From: Styela clava
Lineage: Eukaryota
DNA length: 64,000 nt
Direction of reading: 5' to 3'
Assembly (NCBI RefSeq): GCF_964204865.1
Contig: NC_135261.1
Location: 18,848,001-18,912,000 of the forward strand
The position numbers and the translations under genes were made by a program. The notes below the pieces were generated by a model that saw only the letters and a program-made list of their open reading frames with translations, did not search any database and had not been told where the DNA came from. Shown one piece after another: positions 13,282 through 48,800 of the stretch. Numbering within the stretch: position 1 is the stretch's first letter; each line of letters opens with the position of its first letter.

Positions 13282-16200
13282 TAATAAAATCAACGTGTCT
13301 TTTATATTATTTTATATACCAAATGGTGTAAACATATTTCTAATTTTAAACGAACTTTTGAGAATTAGGAAACTATTTTCGAAATACTTTCACTGGGTTT
13401 TAATAATTATGACAGAAAACTCGGTCTCGTACTAGTTGATAGTCAAATCTTTATGAAATTATATTCAATCGATTGTTTGTATTATTTTATGAAACTATTC
13501 ATTCATATTATGGCAGCTTTTTCATTTTTATACAGCAGTGTATTTTTTTATATGTGTATAGGACGGTGTATGTTTTGTAACCAGTTTTTTCAAATAAAAT
13601 TAATACGGAATAATAATACCATTTTGTGTAAATTTTTTTGTGTGTTGTGCAAATGATTTTTCGCAGTTTGCTCAACTCGGCCTTTTGACCATAAAAAATT
13701 GTCACCAAAGATTTTGGTTGGTTTCCATGGGACAACAGTTAGATCAAAGTTTTTGATTTCAATATAGCAATATTTGAAACAGCGGGGTCCAACCACCGGC
13801 CCATCGAACGGATCTGTTTTTCCTTATTCTTATCCCACCTATCCCTCCCTAATCAGTTGATTATACTAAAACCCGTAGCTCTTTCAAAGTAAGCCTGAGT
13901 GGTTCTCATATAAAAGTCATTTTTATGTATCATACAATTACGACGTTTTTTCGCCACATTCAGGCGGCCGAAATATATTGCTAGATCCAAGCCGTTGGAT
14001 TGTAAGTCTGAAATGACAATTTAATATGAAGCAAATTGTCCACATATTATTCAACATTTTTGTGTGTCCATTCTAAATTCCGGATTAAAAGCTTCAGAAT
14101 ATATATCACTTAACTCGTTGATCTCATGGCAACTAGGGATTTGAGGAACTCATTCCTCATAGAAAATTTTTGCAAAAATTAGTTTAGTGGTAAATTTTTC
14201 ATTTTAAGTCAAATGGCAATGCATATTTTGCGGCAATAGGTACAATCTATTTGTGTGAATCTTTATCCCAAAATGTGAAAATTACCAAACTGAACAGGCT
14301 CAAGAACCAAAATAATACTAATCTATTACCCTGCGCAGTATCGAAGATGCCTGTCGATAGTAAATAGTCGGGAAATGACATTCATAAAAAGTTACACACA
14401 CTAGTTGGAAAACAACCTCTATGAAGTCTATACCCTATTACTGCTCAAAACCACACATTATCTTTTCTCACATTGGTTATATTTTCACACACAAAAAAAT
14501 ATGTATTTTGTGATGCATAACATGTTGTTATTATGCGGCGCACGCCAAAACTGAAATATAATTTGCGGTCCCAGAAGGCTTTTGAGTTGGACATGGCTGA
14601 TTTAAAACATATGCAAAATATACATTACGACAAATATGTTTATAACAAGCTTGGCAAGATTTTCTCCAACTTTATTTTGACATTATAGCTTTGTTCTGCT
14701 ACAGCTACATATTATACGAGGTTTATTTATAACATATTCGTATTTTAGTGACTTCGGATCAGTCAACACATGAGTGTTTGTTGCCCTGCGCATCTTCCTA
14801 AAGGACTCATCTTTCGAAAATTAGAGCAGGCAATCCTTTCTTTTTTTGTAAACGAATATATCTTTTTATATCCGTATATATGCAACTACATTATCTCCAA
14901 ATGTCTCTGTATCAGTCAGCACGACTTTTAACACACACATATATACACAGATACCATTTATTTTAGTTTCAATTCATACACAATACAAGCAACGAGGACA
15001 AAATTATTAAAAATTCACAATTTATTTTAATTTGTGGACTCTATAAAATTTAAAGTTCTTTTCATGCATGAAACGTAGCTAGATTGTATCATTCAAATAT
15101 AAAGCTTGTCGAATTAGTTCAGAATTATCGAAAATGACATAGTATAGAGATCGCTTTCGGTCTTGTTTTTTTATTTTTCAAATGCCCTTTTTCAGAAAGG
15201 ATGAAATAATTTTTGTTTTAGTCTCGGACTTTATACGCATAAATGACTAGTGACTTCAATGTTTAGTAATTGAATACAAACTTAGCAATAAAAATTGGCT
15301 GGGTAGGGGGAGGTATTGGTTTTTGAATCGCCGATAATACAACAGATATATGAACCGCATTGATTTATTCCAAAAAACTTTTTCGTTATTTCAAGAGTTA
15401 TGCCAATTATTGTTTACTACCTGTCATAAAAAATATTGTAATTCATGTTAGATATGTACAATTCATCCAAATCGTTGGTTTTTGAAATAATTTGATTTCT
15501 TACAATTTTATTCATGATGAAGTAATCAATATATTGACAGATTTCTTTCATGGGAAAATTTGATGTGATAACTTTCAAGATGTTCAAATAATTATATGAG
15601 TGTAGATTGAGCTGAAATTCGACCTGAAAATGCAAATTTCAATATTTATATCATAAAGTGTGAAATAGATGTATAATTAGCAACATGGTTAATTTGGTGC
15701 CAGAACACAGGTACGAAATTGATGTCCAGTATCTTACTGAGGTAAAATAACACGAGTACACACACTATTTGCTGAACTTTCAAAACGTAGTTGCCCATAA
15801 TCTATTAGAGGCTGATTGTGCTGATCATAGAATTCTTTTAATAAGCAAGGAATTACTTCATGATAGAATAAATTCATCATCTATTTCCCACATAAAATTG
15901 CTTCAGGCAACGCTTGAAACTCAGGTGACTCGGATCTTACTTTTTCTCTGAGGCATTTTTTACACGATACCTATAGGTCATCATTAATTACATTAGATCA
16001 TGTTAATTCTTCTAATTCCAATAGCTCACATATATTTTGCGAATTATCAATTTTACCGAAAATACGATACAATTACAAATATTTTAACATTTTCTTTTTA
16101 GATTCACAAAACCTTTACTGGATTATCAATTTAAATAAATCACATAATATGAGCAAATATAAACCTACTAATGTTCAAAACTCCATCATATCAATCTGTA

Positions 16201-16382
16201 TTTTTATATAGTGACAGAAATCAGGATATTTTTCCATCATGTATTATTCTACTAATAGGCGATAGAGAATTAACTTTGATTTTCGTTCACTATATTGATA
16301 AAGCGCTTAATACCCTGATTAGAACAATTTGCACAGAATTTTATTTTACTCTATAAAGAGTACAAAACGAATCTTACTTCGT

Positions 16383-17783
16383 TTATTCTTCTGCTGTTGG
16401 ATCTTCAAGTCCACCAAGACATATTCTGCATTTTCTGATAGCTCTTACAGATTGCCGTGGACAGCTGCATGATGATGCTCTAAGCTTCTTCAAGCAACCC
16501 TCTTTATAAAATTGGAAATATATCAAAATTATAGTTGTTCTAATAATAAAAACATCCCATATTGTGCTATTTATTTATCCATTCGAATCTTATAAAATAA
16601 AAAGCCTCAATAAAACTTTTTATTGTGCATTTCTTTAAAAATTATTTTTTAGTTAACTGTCTTTTTTTTTACTCAAATTGAGTTTTACCCTATTGCTGTA
16701 TTAATGAAAAGTTTTCAAAAGCCCAAAACAAGCTTCCTTGATATAGCGCAATGTTTTGGAAAACGATAATACCTTCAGAGGCGCCATTTCGTGTTGTTCA
16801 ATTCTTTGTGAATAAAAATCGTGATTTTACTGCAATTTTATAAGTTCTACAGTTCTAAAAGAACACAAAGTGTAGCTGATTAAAATAACCGCAGAATCGG
16901 GTAAAATAATTCCGCATTAATGTGCGCTGCATGAAACTGATTCAAGAAAATTTTTGGAGTATGTTATTAAATTTACTCAACATCTGACGCGATCGACCGG
17001 TCGAAGCGATCGACGTGTTGGACACCCCTGCTATACATGATATTCATCTTTTATGGTATCTATGAAGAAGACTTTTGTCTCATGTTACTCTTTGAGCAAT
17101 TTTATATTCAAAAACATTAGAAATATTTAGAATAACTTTTTTAAAACCTAATGCTAGGAAACTCACTTTGACACGGGTTCATACATTCGGCTGTAATGCA
17201 GTTGTTACATGCTTGTAATCCAGGCGTTGACTTCATCAAAGCTTCCGATGCAGCGACTTCTTTTGCACTTGGGCATTTCTCCAGTGCTCGACATTCTTTC
17301 AGTCGTTCTATAACAAGAAAAACGCAAGGGATATAACAACCAAATTTTTAGTTTTCCAAATTAAATAATAGCATTGAGGCCCATCGACTCTTTTTTTTTT
17401 TTTTTTTTATTGTGACGACATATCACGATAATATCAATATATTTTTAAAAAAAAGGGAAACACAGTCGCTAATGATCAAGCGAGAAATGTTTCCTACCTA
17501 GTTTGAAAACAAAACAAGCTACAAAAAATAGTTACTTAATTTAGTACCATGGGCGATTAAAAATTAAATTACTTTGTTGATTTAGAGCATTTTTTCACAC
17601 TTATCTTTTTACTGTACATGGGTGATACTACACAACATGAATGATCTACAACGTGGTTAAGTCACCTTCATATTTCGCTAGTAGTTCTTTTGTAGGTACT
17701 CCGTCTTTGGAACATTTTCTCTTTGCAGCGCAGACGATGGTAAAACATGCGCAAAACAAAAATAATTTCCAAAACAAATGCAT
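16383..17783 (-). CDS. Gene C: small secreted cysteine-rich protein (125 aa, 12 Cys in the mature part), family not recognised
   Basis: Exons 17783-17666, 17307-17167, 16501-16383 (118+141+119 nt, phase-1 GT-AG introns): MHLFWKLFLFCACFTIVCA-AKRKCSKDGVPTKELLAKYEERLKECRALEKCPSAKEVAASEALMKSTPGLQACNNCITAECMNPCQKGCLKKLRASSCSCPRQSVRAIRKCRICLGGLEDPTAEE*. Missed by the ORF track because the exons are short. Confidence 0.85.
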
Positions 17784-18765
17784 GTTTATTGTATTTTTGT
17801 GTTAGTTTTACTAAAAACAAAATACCTGTTTATTTTGATTGAAACTTCTGAAGGAATTGCATAATTGATTAACCATAGTCCTACTTATCTGGAATACCAC
17901 ACTATTTTTAATACAATTCCTAATCTATAAACAAAAAACTTTCAACTCATATGTTTTCCGTAATAAGCTACACGCCATCAATCTATCGTGCAGTTTGATT
18001 ACGAGATATATTATCCAATAACAAGCGCAAAAAAAAATTCATCCAATTTAAATTCTCGTCAACTTTCGTCATCTGTACGAAGAACCGCTCTACTTACAAA
18101 CTTGTTGTTTAATGATTTGAATGGTATATATACTTTTGAAAATTTCGAGAAAAAAAACTTCTTATAATCAGCGCTATCGCGTAACTGATATCTACCTTCT
18201 CCTATAACGACCAAGGACAACAGACCAACAGATCTTTAATCAAGCTTAGAAAAGTCAATCGCGCTGCAACACCGACAAACACAGTAAACGACAGTTCGCG
18301 TGCGTAAGATCATTGAAGGCGGATGTAGAATATGTCCCACTTTCTCAGTAATCAATTTAATTACTAGAAGTATTGCTCATAAAAGTGGGATAGTCGCTCA
18401 AAAATTTGAGGCATAGCTGATACGTTTCAATCCTGAGAGATGCATAATATGAGCAGTATGCATTATCCATACATGAAAAGAATACTACAATATTGTATCC
18501 GTTTTGTATACAAAACAATAAAATTGGGTTAAAAGGGTCGGTCGAAACACATTCTTATTTATTGCAGACGGTTTCCGGGACTCGGTAAACAGGGATTTAG
18601 TGTTTTGTGCCTTTGCTTTTTTACTGGCTCATATTTTTGAACATCCGTTGGCTGACTCGGTATACACAGAATGAATTTGACCTCTAGAGCGGTTGAAAGA
18701 TTTTGATGAATTGACTTTATGTTGTATATAGATCGAATGAGCAATTCACGAATATCGTAGAATCA

Positions 18766-18965
18766 GGTTCCATTACATTTGAATCACGTACATTTGAACC
18801 CACGTACATTTGAACCCACGACAATTGCACCTGCATACTATTGCACCTATGAATTTTTTTTTGTTTTACGGATACTAACCCATGGGTTTTAGCACCCGCA
18901 TATAGATTGAACCCGCGGATATACACATGGGTTCAAATGTACGTGGGTTCAAATGTACGGTCACC
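18766..18965. mobile_element. Foldback-type MITE with arms built from a 16-bp subrepeat
   Basis: tacatttgaacccacg repeated on the left arm (about 18774-18820) and its reverse complement (c)gtgggttcaaatgta on the right arm (about 18926-18957). Confidence 0.7.
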
Positions 18966-19021
18966 TATAATCACTATGAACCTGCTATTACACATATTTG
19001 ATTTTTAAACATTCTATATGT

Positions 19022-19306
19022 CAGAGGTGGGCAAGATTTTTGGATCAGGCCCCCCCCCCCCTAAACTGGCGGCCATATAAGTTTGACGTAAAAAGTTACA
19101 TTTTATGAACAATATTCACATTGTTACAAAATGGAAAACAATAAGCCTCGTACTAAAACTAAAATTAATCGCAATCTTACCAAAATTCTTGTGCTGTTTT
19201 TAGCTAAAACATCAACATTTGCTTTGAGTTTGGTTTTGGTAGCATCAGGCGGGCCAGATTAAATTACCCAATGAGTCGGATTCGGGCCGTAGTTTGCCCA
19301 TGTCAG
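19022..19306. mobile_element. Non-autonomous hAT-type element
   Basis: Ends cagaggtgggcaa ... ttgcccatgtcag; 8-bp target-site duplication ctatatgt / ctctatgt (7/8 match). Confidence 0.65.
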
Positions 19307-21297
19307 CTCTATGTAGTGGTTTGTGGAAAGCATATAACACGTAGTCTTTGTGTAAGATAGACTACAAGATAAACATCTATTTATTGGTGAATTGGAATTT
19401 CATTCATAAAATATAATGCGAATAAAACCCACGAAAGTTCAAACACATTGACATGAATTTCACGTATCGACATTACCGAAGGTGATATTATTTTTGTGAA
19501 AATGTGAAGTTCGATTATCGAGCTGAAGTTGTTAAACACAAAAATAACAGAATAGATTTACATAAGTAGTGTTAAAAAATATTAGCACTAATTTTATTAC
19601 TATATACTAACATTTACATCAATTATGCATCTGTTTCACATATTGTGTATGTTTTTCGTGTTTTTCAAATTATTGAATACTTGGTTGATTTTAGCTGTTT
19701 GCCAGAATATTGTTGAATCTTGGATGAAGTAGAATCCAAAAAATAGGGTTTCGTTTCAGTAATTTAAACTCTTAAATAAAAACGTTACCCTTCAGAGTTT
19801 TTAATTGAAAGATTTGCTAATGTCTACCCCCGTACTATATTTTGCCAGCGCCGATGATTGAGAGAGATCATGCTCAACTTGACGATAAATGCTAATGCGT
19901 CACATGACTTCGTTTCGTTATTCCAGGAATAAAACGTAGATTTATCTAACAACTTGACATTTTCGTTCCGCATATGCAAGTTCAAATATGAAATAAAAAC
20001 GCAATGGAAACACACACAAGTCTTCTGACTAGAAAACCATGTCAAACTACTCGGGAAGAAGACTTGCAAAACGTAGTAATTTGAGTCACAAATTTCTTTT
20101 TCCGCGAGTTTTCTACACATTTAAGCTAGGAAAGTTTAGATAATGAAACCGAAATAAAATTTACTTGTGTTGCGTATGAATTCGAGGTACAGATAGACAT
20201 GCATTGAAAATGAAAGTTGCCGCCGTGTCAGTCAGAATTTGTCACATATGATACATGCATGATAAGTTGATTGTCAAATATAAACATCAGATAAATTCGA
20301 ATGACAATAATATTAGATTCGGATTCATGCCACAAAATGCTAAGAGAATTAAAGTGCTATATGCACGATATGTCACAAATGCCTGGTTTACTCACTCTGT
20401 GATCACAAAGTTTGATACTTCCAAGAGATGAATTTCCCAAAACGCCTTGAGCAAACGCCTTAAGAATAAAATGGTGAAAGCGGTAAGCGGGATTATTACA
20501 ATATGGATAGGATTCGAGAACTTTTTTTTTATTTAACTCGCATTCAAACAAACAAAAAACATTAGATGAATAACGTTTGATACATTTATACCACATATAT
20601 ATATATATATACCACTCGATAACGGTTGAGCAAGTTCCGTTTAACTTGAACTCGTGATGATTGACAATATATAAAAGCTCAGACATTTGAGTTGTATTCT
20701 CGTTGTTCTACTTGTAGCTCGTTTTTATAATCTGCGTGTAGCTGCATAACCAGTAAATCAACATAACCCGTATGACTCAATAGAAGATTTTGTGTTCGGT
20801 TTATCCACGTGGTAGTAAGATTGAAAATATTGAGATAATATACACAGTATTTATGAACTAACCACTTACACCTCATTCCTTGTTCAGATTCAAATACCGC
20901 TAAGATTATTCATATTGATGTAGATTGTAGATCAATCGATCAATAATAAATAAGAACGGAAAGAAAATATTAAATTTATAAAATTTGACCAAATAGGCAA
21001 CGAACGATTCATTCTCGCAAGCACGTAATTTCTCTTCGTCATTGTTGGGCGAATAAAATTACGTTAAATATAATGAGTATTTATCACAGCATGGAAGATT
21101 TTTTGCCTTAGGCGTATTTTCATTGCTGTAAAGTGTTTTCAAATCATGACTTGAGGCATGTATGTCATGCAACAAACTTGATTGGTATCACCGTACTTAA
21201 AATGCACATCTTCAGCAAGCAACTACTTATTTCTTTAAAGGTGGACTCAGAAGAACAGGATTAGGTATAGAGCAGGGTGGAAACAAAGGAGAGAAAT

Positions 21298-41846
<20,549 letters not shown>

Positions 41847-42818
41847 ACTTAATAAAATTGTGGGAAAATCTCAGTTTGATGAAAATGCAGCGACGAATTC
41901 ACACAATTATTAATAAAATTTTGTTGAATGTAGAATGTAGGCTATCATGTCGTTGGAAATCGTAGGTATACTTCTAATTCAATGCCTTTCAGTTCAGTAC
42001 ATTGTTTCGGTCCCTCGGACATAATTTATACCGGACAAAAAGTAAGGTACTATGGATGACGTTTGTTTGCAGGTAAGACTTGCGAATTTTGATTGAAACC
42101 ACGTTGAAATTGCGACAACTTTCACTCTCTCATCAAATTTTGGGTTCATATATTTACCTATTGCTCTTTCTTCTTGTTGCATCCGGGAACGATGTAAAGT
42201 GCGTGTACTCACCTACATCTCGCCAGCTTTTCTGCAGAATCATATCAACGTTGAGTCAACTTCAAAATGCGCGCCCTGTCGATCGTTAGAAATTCATGGC
42301 CATGTATAATATGATGAGTCGATTTATTCATTGAGAGTTGAACAAAAGTAGGTACAGCTTAGCTATTTGACATCGAAGGCTTACCCAAGAAGATGTGAAA
42401 AGTTATATATTGAATTGACATTGTATTAATTTTGAAGACTATAAAACTCGAAAGAAAGGAGTATTCAAAGTAGGTTACAATAGAGATTAGTTACCACAGA
42501 AAATTCGTATTACATCTTGGGTAGACCCTCGAGATACAACTTTGTAAGTATACAGAAATTGAATATTAGAAGAATGTAAAACACATTAGCCGGTAGAATA
42601 CGGCTTCGTTCAGCATTCGATTGTGAGCAGAATATAAATGAAATTTAAGCTAATTGCAAACGAAAACTAATGTAATATACTTTAGGAATTGTCTTGTCAT
42701 TTTTATATGCGAGCGTTATTTACTACTAATGAATATGGTATTAATTCCACGCTCGTACAGAGTTGATATCTCAAACATAGTGAAGTAAAAGATGTTATTA
42801 TTTTATGTTAGCGAAGCC

Positions 42819-45800
42819 TTAGGTTGACTTCCGTCTTCTTGTAACACAAACGTAAATCAGCAAAGCAATGATGGCTATTAGTAAAACTCCAGTCAAAACA
42901 AGCAAAATTATGATGATCATGACGTTGTTACTTGACACCAAGTCGTTGTTATTCGTGGATCCTGGAAAATGAGTTTAAACTTTGATTTATATTCTTATAT
43001 TTATGTTTAAAGTCTTCATTATCTTATTAGTTAGTATATTTATAGCTTATCTTAAGAATTCTACAGGCTTCATAACAATTAGAATAAGACGAAACACGTT
43101 ACCGTCGCCAATATTGGGTGGCTCTCGAATTTTTTCATTTGATCTGATAATGAGAGAACTTCTCAATATTTGAACTTGTAAATTAGTCTCTCTCTTCTTC
43201 CGGCTTGAACAGGTCTAGTAGCAAAAAAGATATTTAAGTGTTTTACACAAATGAAAAGCAAACAGCTTTCAAGTAACGCGCACTTCGTTGCTGGTGTATC
43301 ATTTCGCCATAGATTAAACCAAAAACCTAAAGTGCATAAATCCACTCATCTAAAATAAAATTTATTTATTGTTTGTATCCTTTATTTAAAAAAATGCTTC
43401 AAAATAAACAACACGCTTTATCTAGGCAGTTTATTAATGTATAGTTAAAGGTCGTGAAAATTTAAAACATATCAGAAATAGCCTGGCCGAAAAAAAAACG
43501 AAATTCGGACCTTGCAACTATCCCCTCAAATATTCTGCGAAGTTTCTAAATATATTATTTAAAATTTAAGAAAAGAAGAAAAGCTCTGTGTGTACAATTG
43601 CATTGTCACCAACGATGTTTAATGAATATTGGATGGCTCGATTAGTTTCTGATATTTCAACAACTATTTATACTGCGATTTTTGTGATATACTTTTGATA
43701 TATGAATATGATGTTAACTTACCGGTGCACAATCACTCCCTGTACAAAGCTGAACAGCACAATGAAGATAAACGACATTCGAAGGTAAAAATGCAAAAAC
43801 AGAAAGTTGAAATTTCACATTACTAGAGACACCGTTGCTTGTCACCGCTGCTCCAATAACTCCACTTTTCAAGCACCTGAAAATATGACTGCCAGTCAGC
43901 ATCGGGAACAAATGTATAAACTATAATGCTGGACCAAGGTCAAAATGACGAGGGTAATTACATATCATTATGATGGGTTATCAATCTGCCGAGAACTCCC
44001 CAGATAACAATCAATAATCTTTTAAGCCGGCGACCTCAGACGAATTTTGCTAGTCTGGCAGTAGGCAGTAGGCTTGTTTTCTGAGTATATCCTTCTGAGA
44101 GTATATTGAACCCTGATTATAAACTGAAAAACTCACACATTCAACGATCTAAGTAAATTACCAGAGACATAGAAATTTATAAATACTCAGCAAAGCCAAC
44201 AAGACGACTCATTCAATTTATCTTGATGAATTAATTTTAATACGGTTCACCGATCTCTAGGATCGCAAATCAATAACTTTGACACGAAAACCTTGGGTTG
44301 GTCGACATATCACCACCTTTTATTTACTAAATTATTGTTGATCGATATTACTGCAAAATTTGAACATGTATTATATTTTTGGCCAACTCTATACTATATA
44401 GGCTAGTTTCTTCCTATATAGTAACATAGGATTAATAGAATAGAAAATCGCAATTCAATCACCACGAAAAACAAAAATTTCCAACAGAACCCGAATTTAT
44501 GCTTTTATTTGGAATGTGATATTTGTATACGCCAGAACAATTCTCTACACAAGGCAGTATTTGTCTTAGTACAGATTACAGAATGATGCAATAAGGAAAT
44601 GTACATTCTGTCTAAAAATAATCTTAACGAATGATTCCTATTTTAAAGTCACATCAGTACTCCATGGTATAATAGGCCATTTCAAATCCTAATATCGTTT
44701 TTATTCACATCATTACTTGATTTATTGAAATGTTACTGTTAAAGGTTTGACTTGAAAATTTTCTTGAATTAAAAACTGTTTGATTTATCAAATAAATTCA
44801 AGTTCTACATCTGGATATTAAAACCAGTTCATCCATTCATAGTCAATGTTAGTGATTCAATCGGCAAATTACTGAATGTGTTTGCGAAACTTTCCGTTTA
44901 TGGAAATATCGACACCATGTCGGGCGTACAGGGTGAGGCCGTCACAGTAGATTTTACAATAAAAGGTGTGGTAATATGTTGCTACGAAACACCAAAACAT
45001 TGTACCAGTCGTAATTCCGATAATTCGACGGCGATGGTTTTGTAAATCTACTTCGACATTACATAAATCTATATCGTGAGGTCCAGTCATCCAAGAAATT
45101 TGAGTTTCTACACTTTTCAACGGTAATTATTTATTTAATTTTTTTTTTCTTTTATATACATATAACCCGACAATATGCAGAACGGTGGCGATATTAAAAA
45201 ATCATTGAAAAAATAACAAAATATCATAAGTATGCATTTCAATAAGAGATAATCGTTGGTCAAAAGCGTGAATTTTGGATAATTAGGGTCCCACGGATTG
45301 GATAATATTGAAAACGGTATATGTAGTTCTTTCCATTTTATTAATTACCCAGATATTGTTGGGCGAATTGCACATGTTTTGTCAATATGTTACATAGTCG
45401 TTTATTAATATTCTCTAAAATTATGACAAGTAATACAAGACCTGCAATTATGCGAGTATTCTAACTTAACAGTACTAAATAATTGATAGAAATGTTGATG
45501 TTCTTGGTATAATGTAATTTATTTGCCATTGCCGTTCTTTTGCTTTGTGTAATCTTCTAAATTATCTCCTATATGATCGATCACAAAGTATCGTAGTTAC
45601 ACACAAAAAAAATTTCTTGTTTATATATATTCCGCTCAGTAAAAAACAGTGCGAATTTTCATACCATCCAAATCTTAGTTAAGTTAGATATTAGGATAAA
45701 AATTAAATTTACCCTGGCTGTTCTATGATATCAAATCTCTCTGAAGATACACCAGCTGCGTCCGGAGTAGCCCAACACTCACGAGATATCATATAAAGAT

Positions 45801-48800
45801 TTGAAAGAGCATTGCCGTCAAGTGCAATCTAGAAAAATAAAATATTTTCTTGTTGACTTTTTGTTCATCTTGTGAATTCCAATAGGCGGAATAGGAATGG
45901 TATCATTTGGTCCATGAATGGTAACAGTGAATTGTTTAATAAAACCTCAACTAATGATTAAATGATGGATCTGTTATATTAGTTGAGTAACTCGAGTGCG
46001 TACTTGTTACCACAAACAGCCAATTATAGCAACATATTTCTTCATTGTGTTTATCTTCTTTTCAATTTTAGAAGTTTTCCGTCTGTTTATCAATATTTTA
46101 AATAAGTTTTATTTTGAGTAGTATTCGGGCCCAAAGTCATTTCAACATAAACAATAAGTTCTTGATTTTTATGGAAATAAAAGCTGGAGATCAAACAATT
46201 TAAAATCTTGTGGTAATTTACTTCAAAAATCAGTGTACGCCTATCACAGCATCATTTTGAATTTCTTTCTATTGTATTCTACCGCAAAATTAATATTATT
46301 TCATCATTTTCATACTCTGTTAAAACAAAAATACAGTATATATATATATATATAACAAAACTTCTCACATACACGAAAAGACTTGTTAACTTCCTATACA
46401 TAATTAAACAATCTGACATGGACTTTCTAGACAATATTTTCATATTTACTGTTTATACTCACCATGACATAAAGCATATCAGAAGTGCTGAGAACGGGGA
46501 CACCATTGTAAGCTTCATTGTAGTCTGAATCTTTAAACAAATACATGGCTGCAGTAACATGTCCATTACCTTCTTGAATTGGAAAAACGATTGAATCTGA
46601 TGTCACACTGTATATAATGTTGAAAATTACGTAAAAAAATCCATAAAATTGAGGCAAGTTGTTGGCAAGATTTAAGGTATTAAGAGTCAATGATTGTTTT
46701 TGAAAGTGTTTTTCAGGTAAACACGAATTGTTTAAATGGATATCACATCTTGTACATATCGTTTCTGCGCCAGTAGTCGAAGTAGCAACATTCTTCATTT
46801 GTGTAGATGAAATATCATGCGTTGTCATGTTATCTTTAGTTGTTTCTATATGCATTTCTACTGTAATATATTTATATAGACTCAGTTTCTATTGTACAAA
46901 CAAAATCTAAATATATTCTTAAGATAATAAGTCACTATAACATAGTTTATAGTACAAAAAACATGCGACCAAATATGCAATAAAATTTAGAAAAAAAAGT
47001 CGAATCAAAACGATTTTGGCTAATCGGTAATCTATAGTAGCTCGTTTTACACGAAGGTGTACAATCCCATCACAAGACTAAAAAATCCAATTTTCACACA
47101 ATTTCAATATTTAAAAACACCATCCTAATTTATTAATCTATTTATTATTTTATTCAAAAATATTGACATACTTTGTATTAGCTTTTCCACAACTCGTTTT
47201 AATGTTGTTAGTTTTGGCTTATCGAACTGACTCACTAGTACCAGATTTAAATAACCCATACCTGTATTGTATGCCGTGATACTGCTAAATTTCTAAACTA
47301 GAAACTAAAACCGATCTCAATTTTTGTCAATCCTGTGCAAGATAGTTATTCTATAATAAATTCCAAATGACTAAAAAAAATTATTTCACTAAGAAGAAAA
47401 TACTTTTCCTGTTTTTCAAAAACCGAAAATAGCGCTGAATACGTCACACTATCCCGTGGAACGCCATTAGTTTGGTCACACTTCAGTTGAAATATATCAC
47501 AATCGTAAATTCTCTTTTCCGGGTGAAAGAATATTCAAGTATGGTAGTTCACGCATGGCCTAATCAAAATTTTTGCTAATGGCCGCAATTAAATTCGGGC
47601 CATACAATATCTGTCTTAGATATATAGTGATTCATTTTCGTTAGCGTGAATAAGAGCTCCGGTTATTTTTTCACTTACTTTGAAATCAACGTCACGTATG
47701 AATGGTGGGGGATTGATTAATAAAAGAACTCGTGAAATACCTAACCCTATATATATAGAGAGAGAGTATATATAATAATTCAGATTTAAAACACAAGAGA
47801 TTTTTTTAAAGATACCAAGACGTAATGCTCGGTACATAATTTGCTTGCCACGATATACGACAGATATGAAAACAATTTTCTGACGTGTTTTTGACCTCCT
47901 GATTTGTGAATAAAATCACTTGTAATATAAATTAGATTTTGTGCAATAGTGGTCATTCGTTACTTTTCTATCAACAACCTTTTTTTTCTTGTAAGTTTTC
48001 GTGATATGTCAAACTCAATAACTTCTTACGGCTAAGGTACCACTTGCATGATATCATTTTGTAGTGAATATGTAACATACTTCCCATTCATATTTATAAT
48101 ATATTACTTAAATGTTCACCACCAATCAAGTAAATAGAAAGGCAGTACTCACTCCTGAACAGTTAGAAGGCCATCGGCATTCGAAAGTCCGAGTGCAAGA
48201 GAGGCACTGACCACACATTGAAAATCAATTTTTATAACTAATCCTGTTGCTATTGTTCCGCCATCACTTGTAACAGCATTTGAGTAGATTAAATTTGATG
48301 AAGTGTTCTGTTGAAATAAATCCAAATTTGACAATTTTATGAATATAAACCATTATCGGGGTAATTCATCTGGTTGTAAAATAGCTTAGCTTACGAATCG
48401 TATATAATATATATATGAAATGAGCCTCGTGGATTCGAAGTAATGACGCCGGTGAAAATAATAATGAATTTTCTGATTGATAAATTAAAAGTGAGATTGG
48501 TGATAAAAAATCCGAGTTAACATTTTTGAGGGACTATTTGAGAAAAATGGAATTCCAGAAAGACGAGATTCACCCAAAAGTTTAAACATTCCGTTGGCAA
48601 AAGTGAACAGAAGATCTGTGATCTGTAGAGAAGTGGTCCACAACCTAGTTTCACCATGGACTGTAACATTGTTTATAATATATATTCAGAAATATATTGT
48701 AGTGATGGAAATATTTTGAAGCGGAAGTAAGAAGGTAAATGCATTATGGAAAGGTCCGCCATTGTGATTATCTTATAATGAATCCTAATTCTATATTTTG

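Noticed and set aside
15417-15950. Exon-like minus-strand segments (VEFQLNLHSY..., EKVRSESPEF...)
   Set aside because: In-frame stop, no recognisable domain and no coherent gene model; may be a relic but unsupported.
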